Assembly: GCA_963780865.1 (NCBI GenBank)
Contig: CAWADT010000016.1
Coordinates: forward strand, 27,793 to 91,792
Direction of reading: 5' to 3'
Origin: an uncultured Chloroflexia bacterium
GTDB lineage: Bacteria > Chloroflexota > Anaerolineae > Anaerolineales > RBG-16-64-43
DNA: 64,000 nt
Positions 17,799 to 26,687 of this stretch are shown here, one piece after another. How positions within the stretch are numbered: the first letter of the stretch is position 1; every line of letters begins with the position of its first letter. Position numbers and translations under genes: made by a program. The notes under the pieces were generated by a model. That model had not been told where the DNA came from. It was given only the letters and a program-made list of their open reading frames with translations, and made no database searches.

Positions 17799-17906
17799 AA
17801 TTCTTGCAGCCGGAATCGACAATTCCTTTCGCCGGGTTCCCGATTCTTGTAGCCGGGATCGACGATTCCTTTCGCCGGGTTCCCGATTCTTGTAGCCGGG
17901 ATCGAC
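17799..17906. repeat. 43-bp tandem repeat (~2.5 copies) carrying the TGTAGCCGGGATCGA motif
   Basis: Units start at about 17799, 17842 and 17885 (GATTCTTGTAGCCGGGATCGACGATTCCTTTCGCCGGGTTCCC). The last unit pairs with the first unit of the adjacent 21-bp array to form the palindrome TGTAGCCGGGATCG/ACGATCCCGGCTACA. Confidence 0.8.
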
Positions 17907-18049
17907 GATCCCGGCTACAGCCACGACGATCCCAGCTACAGCCACGACGATCCCGGCTACAGCCACGACGATCCCGGCTACAGCCACGACGATCCCAGCT
18001 ACAGCCACGACGATCCCGGCTACAGCCACGTCGATCCCGGCTACAGATT
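17907..18049. repeat. 21-bp perfect-period tandem array (6 full + 1 partial copies)
   Basis: GATCCCGGCTACAGCCACGAC repeats at 17907, 17928, 17949, 17970, 17991, 18012 and 18033, with G/A variation at one position. There are no spacers. Confidence 0.9.
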
Positions 18050-18150
18050 AATCGAGTATTAAAGAACCTCCCGGATAAGAATGCCATTAATCTTTCGCGC
18101 TAATCTCCGGCCATCCCGGCTCGGGAAGCCGGCGGGCCTTTTCGCGCGCC

Positions 18151-18179
18151 TTGCACCTTGGAGGGCGCTCGTCTACAAT
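18151..18179 (+). promoter_or_regulatory. Putative sigma-70 promoter of pnp
   Basis: TTGCAC (18151-18156), a 17-nt spacer, then TACAAT (18174-18179). This would give a ~235-nt leader before the pnp ATG. Confidence 0.4.
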
Positions 18180-18421
18180 AGAACGAGGCGGGATAAACCG
18201 CCTCCGAAATCTCTCGGAGACAATACACCCCCGAAGGGTTGGAGTTCGTCCGAAAGGCATCACGCGGGTTAAAAAACCGCTCCCCGGCGGGAAAACCCCC
18301 TGAGGGATTTCGAAAATCTTAGCCCAGCGGCAAACGGATTGGGAATTGGAAGGCGCGCGTTGGATTTCATCCGGCGCCCGGCTTCCAGTCCCTAACCCCT
18401 GCCGCCATTCTTGGAGGAGTT

Positions 18422-20665
18422 ATGGACAAGCATAAAACGTTTCAAGCGGTGGTGGAAGGGAAAACATTCCTCCTTACCACCGGTGGGCTCGCCGCGCAGG
18501 CGGGCGGAGCCGTTACGGTGAGGGTCGGTGAATCGCTGATCTTCGCCGCCGCCACCATGAGCCGGGAGCCGCGGCTGGGGATCGATTTCTTCCCGCTTTC
18601 GGTGGAATACGAGGAACGAATGTACGCCGGCGGCATCATCCCGGGTTCGTTCTTCCGCAGGGAAGGGCGTCCGTCGGAAACCGCAATCCTGGTCGCGCGC
18701 CTGACGGACCGGCCGCTGCGCCCGCTGTTCCCTAAGGACATGCGCAACGACGTCCAGGTCATCATGTATGCCTTCTCGTCCGACGCCGAGAATCCGCTCG
18801 ACGTCCTGGCGATCAACGCCGCCTCGGCCGCGTTGTCGGTCTCGGATATCCCGTGGGGCGGCCCGATCGGCGCTGTCCGGGTGGGGAGGATCGAGGGACG
18901 CTGGGTGTTCAACCCGACCTACGAAGAAATCAAACATTCGGAACTCGACCTGCGCGTGGCCGCTTCCCGCGAAGCGATCCTGATGGTCGAAGCAGGTGCG
19001 AGTGAATTGCCGGAGCACTTGATGGTGGAAGCCCTCAAGGAGGCGCATCGCGCCATCCAGCCGCTGATCGACGCCCAGGAAAAGATGGCCGCCGAGGCGG
19101 GCAAGCCCAAGCGCGATTATGTCCACTACGCGCTCACCGATAAGGTGCGCGAAGCGGTCTCCAAGAGAGTTGGCACGCGCCTGGCCGAGGCGTTTCGCGA
19201 CGAGCTCGATAAAACCGAGCGGCAGGCGGTGCTGGACGCGATCGAAGGCGAGGTGCTGGCGGGATTCGAAAACGACGCCGACATGGCCGAAGCCGACCTG
19301 CGCGAGGCGTTCTACGATCTGTACCACACCGAAGTCCGCTCGCACATCCTGAATTCCAACCAACGCACCGACGGGCGTGATCCGAAACAGATCCGACCGC
19401 TTTCGGCCGAGGTTGACTTCAGCCCGCGCGCGCACGGATCCGGGCTCTTCGCCCGCGGCGAAACCCAGGTGCTTTCCTTCACCACGCTCGGCACTCCGCG
19501 CGACGCGCAGGAACTCGACGGGCTGGCTCCGATTGACGAAAAGCGCTACCTTCACCACTACAACTTCCCGCCGTTCAGCACAGGCGAAGTGAAGATGCTG
19601 CGCGGGTCCTCGCGCCGCGAAATCGGGCACGGCGCGCTCGCCGAACGCGCGCTGATTCCGGTCCTGCCCCCGCAGGAGGAATTCCCCTATACCATCCGGG
19701 TGGTCTCGGAGGTGCTGTCTTCCAACGGCTCCTCCTCGATGGCGTCGGTGTGCGGCTCCACTCTGGCGCTGATGGACGCCGGCGTGCCGTTAAGAGCGCC
19801 GGTGGCGGGGATCGCGATGGGGCTGGTGAAGGAAGGCGAGAAGTACGTCATCCTCACCGACATCCAAGGCGTGGAAGATCACCACGGCGACATGGACTTC
19901 AAGGTGGCCGGCACGTCCCACGGCATCACCGCGCTGCAGATGGACATCAAAATCAAAGGTGTGACGCCGCAGATCATGGAAGAAGCGCTGGCCCAGGCCC
20001 GCGAAGCGAGGCTCCAGGTGCTGGAAGTGATCCGCGCCTGCATCCCCGCCCCGCGGCCGGACCTCAAGGCGCATGCGCCGCGAATCACGATCCTGAAAAT
20101 CGACCCGGAGAAAATCGGGGCGGTGATCGGCCCGGGCGGCAAAGTCATCCGCAAGATTCAGGAAGACACCGGGGTCAAGATCGACATCGAAGACGACGGC
20201 CGGGTGTACATCGCGGCGGTCGACGGACCGAGCGCGGCGGAAGCCCGCCGGCGCGTCGAGAGCCTCACCGAAACCCCGGTAGTGGGACGCATCTATACCG
20301 GTAAAGTGGTACGGGTTGCGGACTTCGGAGCGTTCGTCGAGATCCTCCCCAACATCGACGGGCTGGTGCACATCTCCCAACTAGATTCCACCCGCGTAGA
20401 AAAAGTGGAAGACGTGGCCAACCTGGGCGATGAATTGACCGTGATGGTGACGGGCATCGATCCGGAAGGCAAAGTGCGGCTGTCTCGCACCGCGGTGCTG
20501 GAAGGTTGGACCGTCGAGGAAGCCGCCGAGCACGACCGGAAGCCGTCCGGCGGGGGCCGCAGCGGGGGCAGTCGCAGCGGACCAAGCTCGCATCGCCCTT
20601 CCGACAGCCGCGGGCATGACCGCGGCGGCGAACACCGGGAACCCTCCGGCCCGCGCAAGCGATAA
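18422..20665 (+). CDS. pnp: Polyribonucleotide nucleotidyltransferase (PNPase)
   Basis: 747 aa with GGAGGAG before the ATG, two RNase PH-like domains, KH (ITILKIDPEKIGAVIGPGGKVIRKI) and S1 (GRIYTGKVVRVADFGAFVEI) domains, and a basic Gly/Ser/Arg tail. Confidence 0.97.
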   Translation: MDKHKTFQAVVEGKTFLLTTGGLAAQAGGAVTVRVGESLIFAAATMSREPRLGIDFFPLSVEYEERMYAGGIIPGSFFRREGRPSETAILVARLTDRPLRPLFPKDMRNDVQVIMYAFSSDAENPLDVLAINAASAALSVSDIPWGGPIGAVRVGRIEGRWVFNPTYEEIKHSELDLRVAASREAILMVEAGASELPEHLMVEALKEAHRAIQPLIDAQEKMAAEAGKPKRDYVHYALTDKVREAVSKRVGTRLAEAFRDELDKTERQAVLDAIEGEVLAGFENDADMAEADLREAFYDLYHTEVRSHILNSNQRTDGRDPKQIRPLSAEVDFSPRAHGSGLFARGETQVLSFTTLGTPRDAQELDGLAPIDEKRYLHHYNFPPFSTGEVKMLRGSSRREIGHGALAERALIPVLPPQEEFPYTIRVVSEVLSSNGSSSMASVCGSTLALMDAGVPLRAPVAGIAMGLVKEGEKYVILTDIQGVEDHHGDMDFKVAGTSHGITALQMDIKIKGVTPQIMEEALAQAREARLQVLEVIRACIPAPRPDLKAHAPRITILKIDPEKIGAVIGPGGKVIRKIQEDTGVKIDIEDDGRVYIAAVDGPSAAEARRRVESLTETPVVGRIYTGKVVRVADFGAFVEILPNIDGLVHISQLDSTRVEKVEDVANLGDELTVMVTGIDPEGKVRLSRTAVLEGWTVEEAAEHDRKPSGGGRSGGSRSGPSSHRPSDSRGHDRGGEHREPSGPRKR

Positions 20666-20673
20666 TCCTCATC

Positions 20674-20702
20674 CCGCCGGTCCATTGGACCGGCGGTTTT
20701 TC
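20674..20702 (+). terminator. Rho-independent terminator of pnp
   Basis: CCGCCGGTCC-ATTG-GGACCGGCGG followed by TTTTT. Confidence 0.75.
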
Positions 20703-20749
20703 AATCTACAACCCGTGACGGCGTCGGAAGAATGGTGGAATTTCCATCG

Positions 20750-22813
20750 ATGGAAAGCTCACCGCGTTGGTCCAACAACACGAAATTAATCGCCATGACG
20801 GCCGTCCTGGCCATGATCGGATTCTTCATCATCCGGTTCCAGATTCTGATCATGCCGCTGATCATGGCCGTCATCCTGGCCTACCTGCTCAATCCCGTCG
20901 TCACCGCTCTGACGAAGTATCTGCGGCTGTCTCGCACCATCGCCGTATTGCTCCTCTACGGAATTCTGATCCTTCTGCTGATCGGCCTGGTCGGCGGGGC
21001 CGGCTTCCTGCTGCAGCAACAGCTTTCCGGTGTTCTGGCAACCGTGCTGGATTTCTTCAACACCATCCCGGAGTGGATCGGAACTCTCTTTGTCCGGCCG
21101 GTCGTCATCGGGCCGTTCACCTTTGATCTATCGACCGTCAACGTCACGCTGCTTCAGGATGCGCTGCTGCCCACCGCGCGGGACGGGGTCGGGCGGATCA
21201 CTGCATGGATGACCAGCGCCGCTTCCGGCGTGGCCTCCTTACTGGGTTGGACCACGTTCGCCTTCATTGTCGCCTACTACCTGATGCACGACATGGACGC
21301 GATGCGGCAAGGCCTGCTGCGGATTGTCCCGGAGAACTATCAAAAGGATGTTCGGCGGCTGCTGGCCGAACTCGCGCCGATCTGGAACGCCTTCCTGCGC
21401 GGGCAACTGCTGCTCAGTCTGGTCATGGGCGTAGCCATCGCTTCGATGATGACGCTTCTGGGTTTGCGCTATGCAGTCATCCTCGGGCTGCTGGCCGCCC
21501 TGGCGGAGTTCGTTCCCATCCTTGGCGCCAACGTGGTCGGCGTGACGGCGATCCTAACCGCATTTTTCCAACCGTCCAACTGGTTCGGCCTCTCCCCGAT
21601 CGCGTACGCCGTCCTCGTCGGGCTCGGCGGGGGATTGATCCAGCAGCTCGAAGCCAATTTCCTGGTACCGCGGGTGATGGGAGACAAACTCAAGCTGCAT
21701 CCCGCGATCCTGATCGTCGGCGCCCTGGTCGGGTTCACCCTGTTGGGGCTTCCGGGCCTTCTCCTGTCCGGACCGATTATCGCCACCGTGCGTCTTTTCG
21801 GAAATTATATGCATGCGAAGATGTTCAACCTGCCGCCCTGGTCCGACTGGGAGGAGGAGGATTTCCTCAGCGGCAAAACGCCGTCTGTGCGGATCCGCCC
21901 GGCGCGAGAATCCGATCAGCAGGATATGCTCGCATTGACCGAGCAGTTGCTGGAAGGGCGCGATGGGATCCCGCAGGCGCGGCCCGAGCGGTTGGCCGAT
22001 CGGGAGGGGATTACGGCCGCGGCCGAGGCGGCGGGACGGGTGGTGGGAATTGCAAAATTATCCCGCCTGGGTCCGAAGGAGTTTTGGCTTGAGGGGTTGC
22101 GGGTGCATCCCGGATATCAGGGTTTGAAAATCGGGTCGCAACTCATTGAGCATTTAATAGGAGAGTGGAACCGCCGCGGAGGCGGCGTGATCCGCATGGC
22201 GGCCTCTTCGGAACGCGTGCAAGTCCACCACCTGTGCGAGCGTCTGGCATTCCGGCGTGTGGAAATTTGCCGCGGAATGGCGGCACCCGCCGGGCGCGGC
22301 GCCTGTGAGTTTCAGATCCTGACAGCGGCGGAGGCGCCGGAAGCGATGGCGCTTTGGAAGGAGAAATCCGCCGCCTGGGGAACGCCGCATCTCGTTAATG
22401 ACGGCTGGCGATGGTGCTCCTTCACGGAAGATCGAATGGTCGAATATATCCGCCGGCAACGCGCCTGGTGGTGGCGGGAGCGGTCCGGAATCCTGCTGGC
22501 CTACGACTCCCCTCATGAGGATAAGCACAGTTTGGAAGTGGCCGCACTCGCCGCCCCGATTGAAAAACTTGCCCCGATGCTAAGCCAGTTGCGGGTGCTG
22601 GCAAAGCAGCAGGCAGCTGATCGGGCGGCGTGGGTCCTGCCCGATGATCCGACGGTTGCGAAAGCCGCCGCGCGCGCCGGCTTCGCATCGGCCTGGGATG
22701 CCCAGCTGTGGATCTTCGAGCGCACCGATCCGCCTGTGGTCCGGCCCCTAAAAAGAACGAGGGGTACGGCTGCAAAAATCACCAGAATTAGGAACCAAAA
22801 CCGCCGCCGATAG
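20750..22813 (+). CDS. AI-2E family (PerM/UPF0118) permease fused to a C-terminal GNAT acetyltransferase-like region, paralog 1
   Basis: The ORF track gives 20732. The ATG at 20750 (MESSPRWSNNTKL) aligns with the paralog's start. About 8 TM segments with the AI-2E pattern (LEANFLVPRVMG...HPAILIV) are followed by about 320 aa containing a GNAT motif A-like segment (LRVHPGYQGLKIGSQLIEHL). Confidence 0.8.
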   Translation: MESSPRWSNNTKLIAMTAVLAMIGFFIIRFQILIMPLIMAVILAYLLNPVVTALTKYLRLSRTIAVLLLYGILILLLIGLVGGAGFLLQQQLSGVLATVLDFFNTIPEWIGTLFVRPVVIGPFTFDLSTVNVTLLQDALLPTARDGVGRITAWMTSAASGVASLLGWTTFAFIVAYYLMHDMDAMRQGLLRIVPENYQKDVRRLLAELAPIWNAFLRGQLLLSLVMGVAIASMMTLLGLRYAVILGLLAALAEFVPILGANVVGVTAILTAFFQPSNWFGLSPIAYAVLVGLGGGLIQQLEANFLVPRVMGDKLKLHPAILIVGALVGFTLLGLPGLLLSGPIIATVRLFGNYMHAKMFNLPPWSDWEEEDFLSGKTPSVRIRPARESDQQDMLALTEQLLEGRDGIPQARPERLADREGITAAAEAAGRVVGIAKLSRLGPKEFWLEGLRVHPGYQGLKIGSQLIEHLIGEWNRRGGGVIRMAASSERVQVHHLCERLAFRRVEICRGMAAPAGRGACEFQILTAAEAPEAMALWKEKSAAWGTPHLVNDGWRWCSFTEDRMVEYIRRQRAWWWRERSGILLAYDSPHEDKHSLEVAALAAPIEKLAPMLSQLRVLAKQQAADRAAWVLPDDPTVAKAAARAGFASAWDAQLWIFERTDPPVVRPLKRTRGTAAKITRIRNQNRRR

Positions 22814-23059
22814 GATAATCAATTATCGGCTTCCGTTTGTCCATAAAAAACGGTCCTCCCCTCTCGGCGGCTTCATCGATGGGTAGGATTGTTGACTGCG
22901 GACGGGACCGGCGGATTCATACATCTCCGCGGTATTCCGTCCGGGCAGTGATCGTGCCCCGGAACCATCCAGTAAATATTATAATCATGAGCAATTCCAT
23001 GCTCCTATCGACGGCATCATGGCGATCCGGATGGCGAGATAAAGGAAATTCCTCAATCC

Positions 23060-25144
23060 ATGGATAACTCCCCGCGTTGGTCCACCACGACAAAGTTAAT
23101 CGTGATGCTGGCCGTTCTGGCCGCCGTCGCATTCCTGCTGATTCGTTTCCAGGGGGTGGTCGCGCCGCTCATCCTGGCCGTGATCCTGGCCTATCTGCTC
23201 AATCCGATTGTCACCGCGCTCGCCAAATACTCGCGCCTCTCGCGGACGCTGGCCGTTCTGCTGGTCTACATGGTCCTCATCCTGCTGGCGCTCGCCCTGG
23301 TCAGCGGCGCCGGGCTATTAATCCAGCAACAGCTCTCCGGTGTCCTCTCCACCGCGCTTACCTTCCTTAACAGTATCCCGGTTTTTGTCAGCTCGCTGTC
23401 GTCCAAACCGATTTCCCTCGGACCCTTCACCGTAGACCTATCCACGACCAATGCGAACGCGTTGCAAAACGCGCTCCTCCCAACGGCGCGGGATTGGATC
23501 GGGCGAATCACGAACTGGATGACCGGGGCCGCCTCCGAAGCGGCCACCACGGTGGCCTGGGCGGGATTCGTGTTCATCATTTCCTTTTACCTGATTCACG
23601 ACATGAACGCGATGGAAAAAGGAATACTGCGCCTGGCTCCGGACGAATATCAGAAGGACGCCCGGCAGTTGCTGGCGGATCTCGGCCCGATCTGGAACGC
23701 GTTCCTGCGGGGGCAATTGATGCTCAGCCTGATCATGGGATCGGCATTCGCGCTGGTGATGAGCCTGCTCGGATTGCGCTACGCCCTGATCATCGGTTTG
23801 ATGGCCGCCTTGATGGAATTCGTGCCCGTCATCGGCCCATACCTCACCGCCGGCACGAGTATCCTGGTCGCTCTTTTCCAGCCTTTCAATTGGATGGGGT
23901 TTTCCCCGACGGCGTATACCCTGAGCGTCGCCGCCGCGGCGCTTTTGCTGCAACAATTGGAAGCCAATTTTCTCTCTCCCCGGGTTATGGGGCGGCAGTT
24001 GCGGATGCATCCGGCGATCCTGATCACTGTAGCGTTTGTCGGCGCGAGCCTCATGGGGATTCCAGGCCTGCTGCTTTCGGGGCCGATCCTGGCCACCACG
24101 CGCCTGCTCGGCCGTTACGTGCGCGCGAAAATGTTCGATCTGCCGCCCTGGCCGGATCGGAAGGCGGCAAGTCCGAACGCCTCCGGCGAGAATCCGGTTT
24201 CTTGCCGTCCGGCGCGGGAAGCCGATACCCCGGACGTTCTCGAAATGACCGCGCGGGTGTGGGAGGGGCATGATTATGTTCCGCAGGCGTGGAGCGGATG
24301 GCTGGGCGACCGCGTGGGAATTCTGGCCGCGGCGGAGTGGAAGGGCAAAGTGGTGGGAATCGGCAAATTGACCCGGCTGGCGCCGGGTGAATGGTGGATC
24401 GAAGGATTGCGGGTGCATCCGGATTATCAAGGGAGGAAAATCGGCTCGCAAATCTTCGAGTATCTGCTGGAGGAGTGGAAGGAACGCGGGGGCGGCGCAA
24501 TCCGCCTCGCCACTTCCTCGGAGCGCGTTCAGGTCCATCACTTATGCGGCCGGCTGGGATTCCAGCACAGCGAAACCTTCCGAATCATGTCCGCTTCGCC
24601 GAGAAGCAGCGGGGAGAGCGCATTTGAATTAATCAGCGAGGCGGATGCCCCGGCCGCGTTCGCGCTCTCGAAGAAGGTCCGCTTTACGCGCTTCGCCTCC
24701 GGGCTAGTAAACACCGGCTGGCGGTGGAGTGAGCTGACGGAAGAGAGAATAAGGGAGTTTGCCCGGCGCGGACGCGCCTGGTGGTGGAAGAACCGGTCCG
24801 CGGCCCTGATGCTTTTCGACTCAGACCGCGAGAACCAGCCGGGATTGGAGATTGCTGCGGTTCTCTCCCCGGCCGCACAGTTGACGGCGATGCTCGGGCA
24901 GGCGCGGCGTCTCGCCGCCCTCGCGGGCGCGGAGCGGTTGGCGTGGGCGATGCCAAATCTTCCCGCCGCTGCGGAAGCGGCCCGGCGCGCCGGCTTCACG
25001 CAGGAATGGGACGGACAGCTTTGGATATTCGAACGGCCCTCTCCGCAGGCCGCCGAGCAAACAGCGGTTCTCGCGCAAATCGATCCCGGCCGGCAAGGGC
25101 GGACGGCCCGACATCCAAGAAAGGCGAAGGGCGGCAATGTCTGA
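23060..25144 (+). CDS. AI-2E family permease fused to GNAT acetyltransferase-like region, paralog 2
   Basis: 694 aa, colinear with the preceding gene over its whole length and roughly 55-65% identical by eye (MDNSPRWSTTTKL...LEANFLSPRVMG...LRVHPDYQGRKIGSQIFEYL). Confidence 0.85.
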   Translation: MDNSPRWSTTTKLIVMLAVLAAVAFLLIRFQGVVAPLILAVILAYLLNPIVTALAKYSRLSRTLAVLLVYMVLILLALALVSGAGLLIQQQLSGVLSTALTFLNSIPVFVSSLSSKPISLGPFTVDLSTTNANALQNALLPTARDWIGRITNWMTGAASEAATTVAWAGFVFIISFYLIHDMNAMEKGILRLAPDEYQKDARQLLADLGPIWNAFLRGQLMLSLIMGSAFALVMSLLGLRYALIIGLMAALMEFVPVIGPYLTAGTSILVALFQPFNWMGFSPTAYTLSVAAAALLLQQLEANFLSPRVMGRQLRMHPAILITVAFVGASLMGIPGLLLSGPILATTRLLGRYVRAKMFDLPPWPDRKAASPNASGENPVSCRPAREADTPDVLEMTARVWEGHDYVPQAWSGWLGDRVGILAAAEWKGKVVGIGKLTRLAPGEWWIEGLRVHPDYQGRKIGSQIFEYLLEEWKERGGGAIRLATSSERVQVHHLCGRLGFQHSETFRIMSASPRSSGESAFELISEADAPAAFALSKKVRFTRFASGLVNTGWRWSELTEERIREFARRGRAWWWKNRSAALMLFDSDRENQPGLEIAAVLSPAAQLTAMLGQARRLAALAGAERLAWAMPNLPAAAEAARRAGFTQEWDGQLWIFERPSPQAAEQTAVLAQIDPGRQGRTARHPRKAKGGNV

Positions 25145-25325
25145 TTCTCCTGAAATTCACACTGAAACACTCGCCGAGACGGAAAATTATATGGTCTACA
25201 CCGCGGAAGAGCCCGACGGCGAGACGACGTGGAACGTGGAACTCGGAACGGCCACGCTGCATTTCTTCCGCGAAGAATGGCTGGAGTTCCTCGAACTCGT
25301 TTCCCAGGTCAAACCGAAAAAATGA
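25137..25325 (+). CDS. Small acidic hypothetical protein (62 aa)
   Basis: The ATG overlaps the stop region of the upstream gene (ATGTCTGA, 8-nt overlap), suggesting translational coupling. No family recognised. Confidence 0.5.
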   Translation: MSDSPEIHTETLAETENYMVYTAEEPDGETTWNVELGTATLHFFREEWLEFLELVSQVKPKK

Positions 25326-25428
25326 AGGTTGATACGGGAGGTCGCACGGCAATTGAGAGACCGGCCTCGAAGAATCCACGCCTCCTGCAGCGGGGGACCG
25401 TTCATCCCGCGCAAGCGGGGTAAACGGC

Positions 25429-26526
25429 ATGCGTTACCTCGCGCGGTTAGCCCCGGCTTTGGTTGTCACCTTATTGGCGGCGGGATATTTAGGGTGGGTG
25501 CTGATTACGGGGGGAAACGATCCGCGGATTTTCGCGAACATCGGCACGCAGTTTAGCGTTCTCAATCCCTCCGGCACGGAGGGATACGATGGGCAATTCA
25601 ACTATTACATCGCGCTGGATCCGAATCCGGAGCAGGTAAAACCGCACCTGGACGTGCCGGCGTACCGCTACCAACACATTCTGTACCCCTTGCTGGCGAG
25701 GTTCCTCGCCCTGGAAAATGCGGAAGCAATCCCCTGGACGCTGGTCGGGATCAACCTCATTTGTCTGGCCTGTTTATGTTTCATCACCGGCGACCTCCTG
25801 GTCGAGCGCGGGGCCAGCCGCTGGGGGGCTCTCGTTTTTGGATTGTGGTTCGGTGTAATTCTTGGCGTGCGGTTGGATCTTTCCGAGCCGCTGGCCCTGC
25901 TCCTGGTCGTGGCCGCCCTGCGGATCGCGGGTCCCCAACTCGACCGGCGGATCATCCCCGCGGCGCTGCTGCTTGCTCTGGCGATGCTCTCCAAAGAGAC
26001 CGTGATTCCCTTCCTGCTGGGATGGGCGGCATGGTTGATTTTGCAGCGCAAGATCGGCAAAGCCGTCTGGATCGCCCTCGCTTTGATTCCGTATCTCGGG
26101 CTGCAGGTTTGGCTTTGGTCAGTGTTTGGATCGCCGGGGTTGGGAAGCGGCGGCGCCGGGGCGACACCCTTCGAGTGGATCCCCTTCGCCGGTCTGTTTC
26201 GCGTGGCGGGAGTGAACCTCCGCATCTTCGCGGCGCTCTTCGCGCTCTACCTGCCGGGTTTGTTAATCCCCGCCGTCTACGGCTTGTGGGCGCCGCTCGT
26301 GGATCTCATCCGCAGGCGGACCAGCGCGGAAGGCTGCCTGCTGTTCCTTAACGCGCTGATGGTCGCCTTCGCCCCCTTCTCCACATTTCGGGAGCCGCTC
26401 GGAATCGTGCGCCTGGCGTGCGGATTAATTCTTTGCCTGTGGCTCTACACCGCCGCGAAAAAAATCCGATGGTGGAACATGTTTAGTTTGATTGGACTAG
26501 TGTATCTGCTGTTTATCTTGATTTAA
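25429..26526 (+). CDS. Polytopic membrane protein, possibly GT-C-type glycosyltransferase-like (tentative)
   Basis: 365 aa with about 9 hydrophobic segments and a conserved-looking N-terminal loop (GYDGQFNYYIALDPNPE...PAYRYQHILYPLLA). The product call is low-confidence. Confidence 0.6.
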   Translation: MRYLARLAPALVVTLLAAGYLGWVLITGGNDPRIFANIGTQFSVLNPSGTEGYDGQFNYYIALDPNPEQVKPHLDVPAYRYQHILYPLLARFLALENAEAIPWTLVGINLICLACLCFITGDLLVERGASRWGALVFGLWFGVILGVRLDLSEPLALLLVVAALRIAGPQLDRRIIPAALLLALAMLSKETVIPFLLGWAAWLILQRKIGKAVWIALALIPYLGLQVWLWSVFGSPGLGSGGAGATPFEWIPFAGLFRVAGVNLRIFAALFALYLPGLLIPAVYGLWAPLVDLIRRRTSAEGCLLFLNALMVAFAPFSTFREPLGIVRLACGLILCLWLYTAAKKIRWWNMFSLIGLVYLLFILI

Positions 26527-26687
26527 CCGCCGACACCCGCGTTGTCCGGTTTCTCTACAATCCTTCCAGACCCCAATAAAATTGATTTCCTCCCTCGCCG
26601 CGCAAAATATACGGGCCGCGCACCCTGCGCAGCCCGTCAACATCAAATACTCTTAATAGTGCGGATGGCTTCTTCCTGTTGCAGCGC

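Noticed and set aside
17907-18049. Regular 21-bp repeats that could be mistaken for a CRISPR array
   Set aside because: The repeats are directly abutting with no spacers, the unit is shorter than CRISPR repeats, and no cas genes or leader are present. This is a simple tandem (VNTR-type) array.
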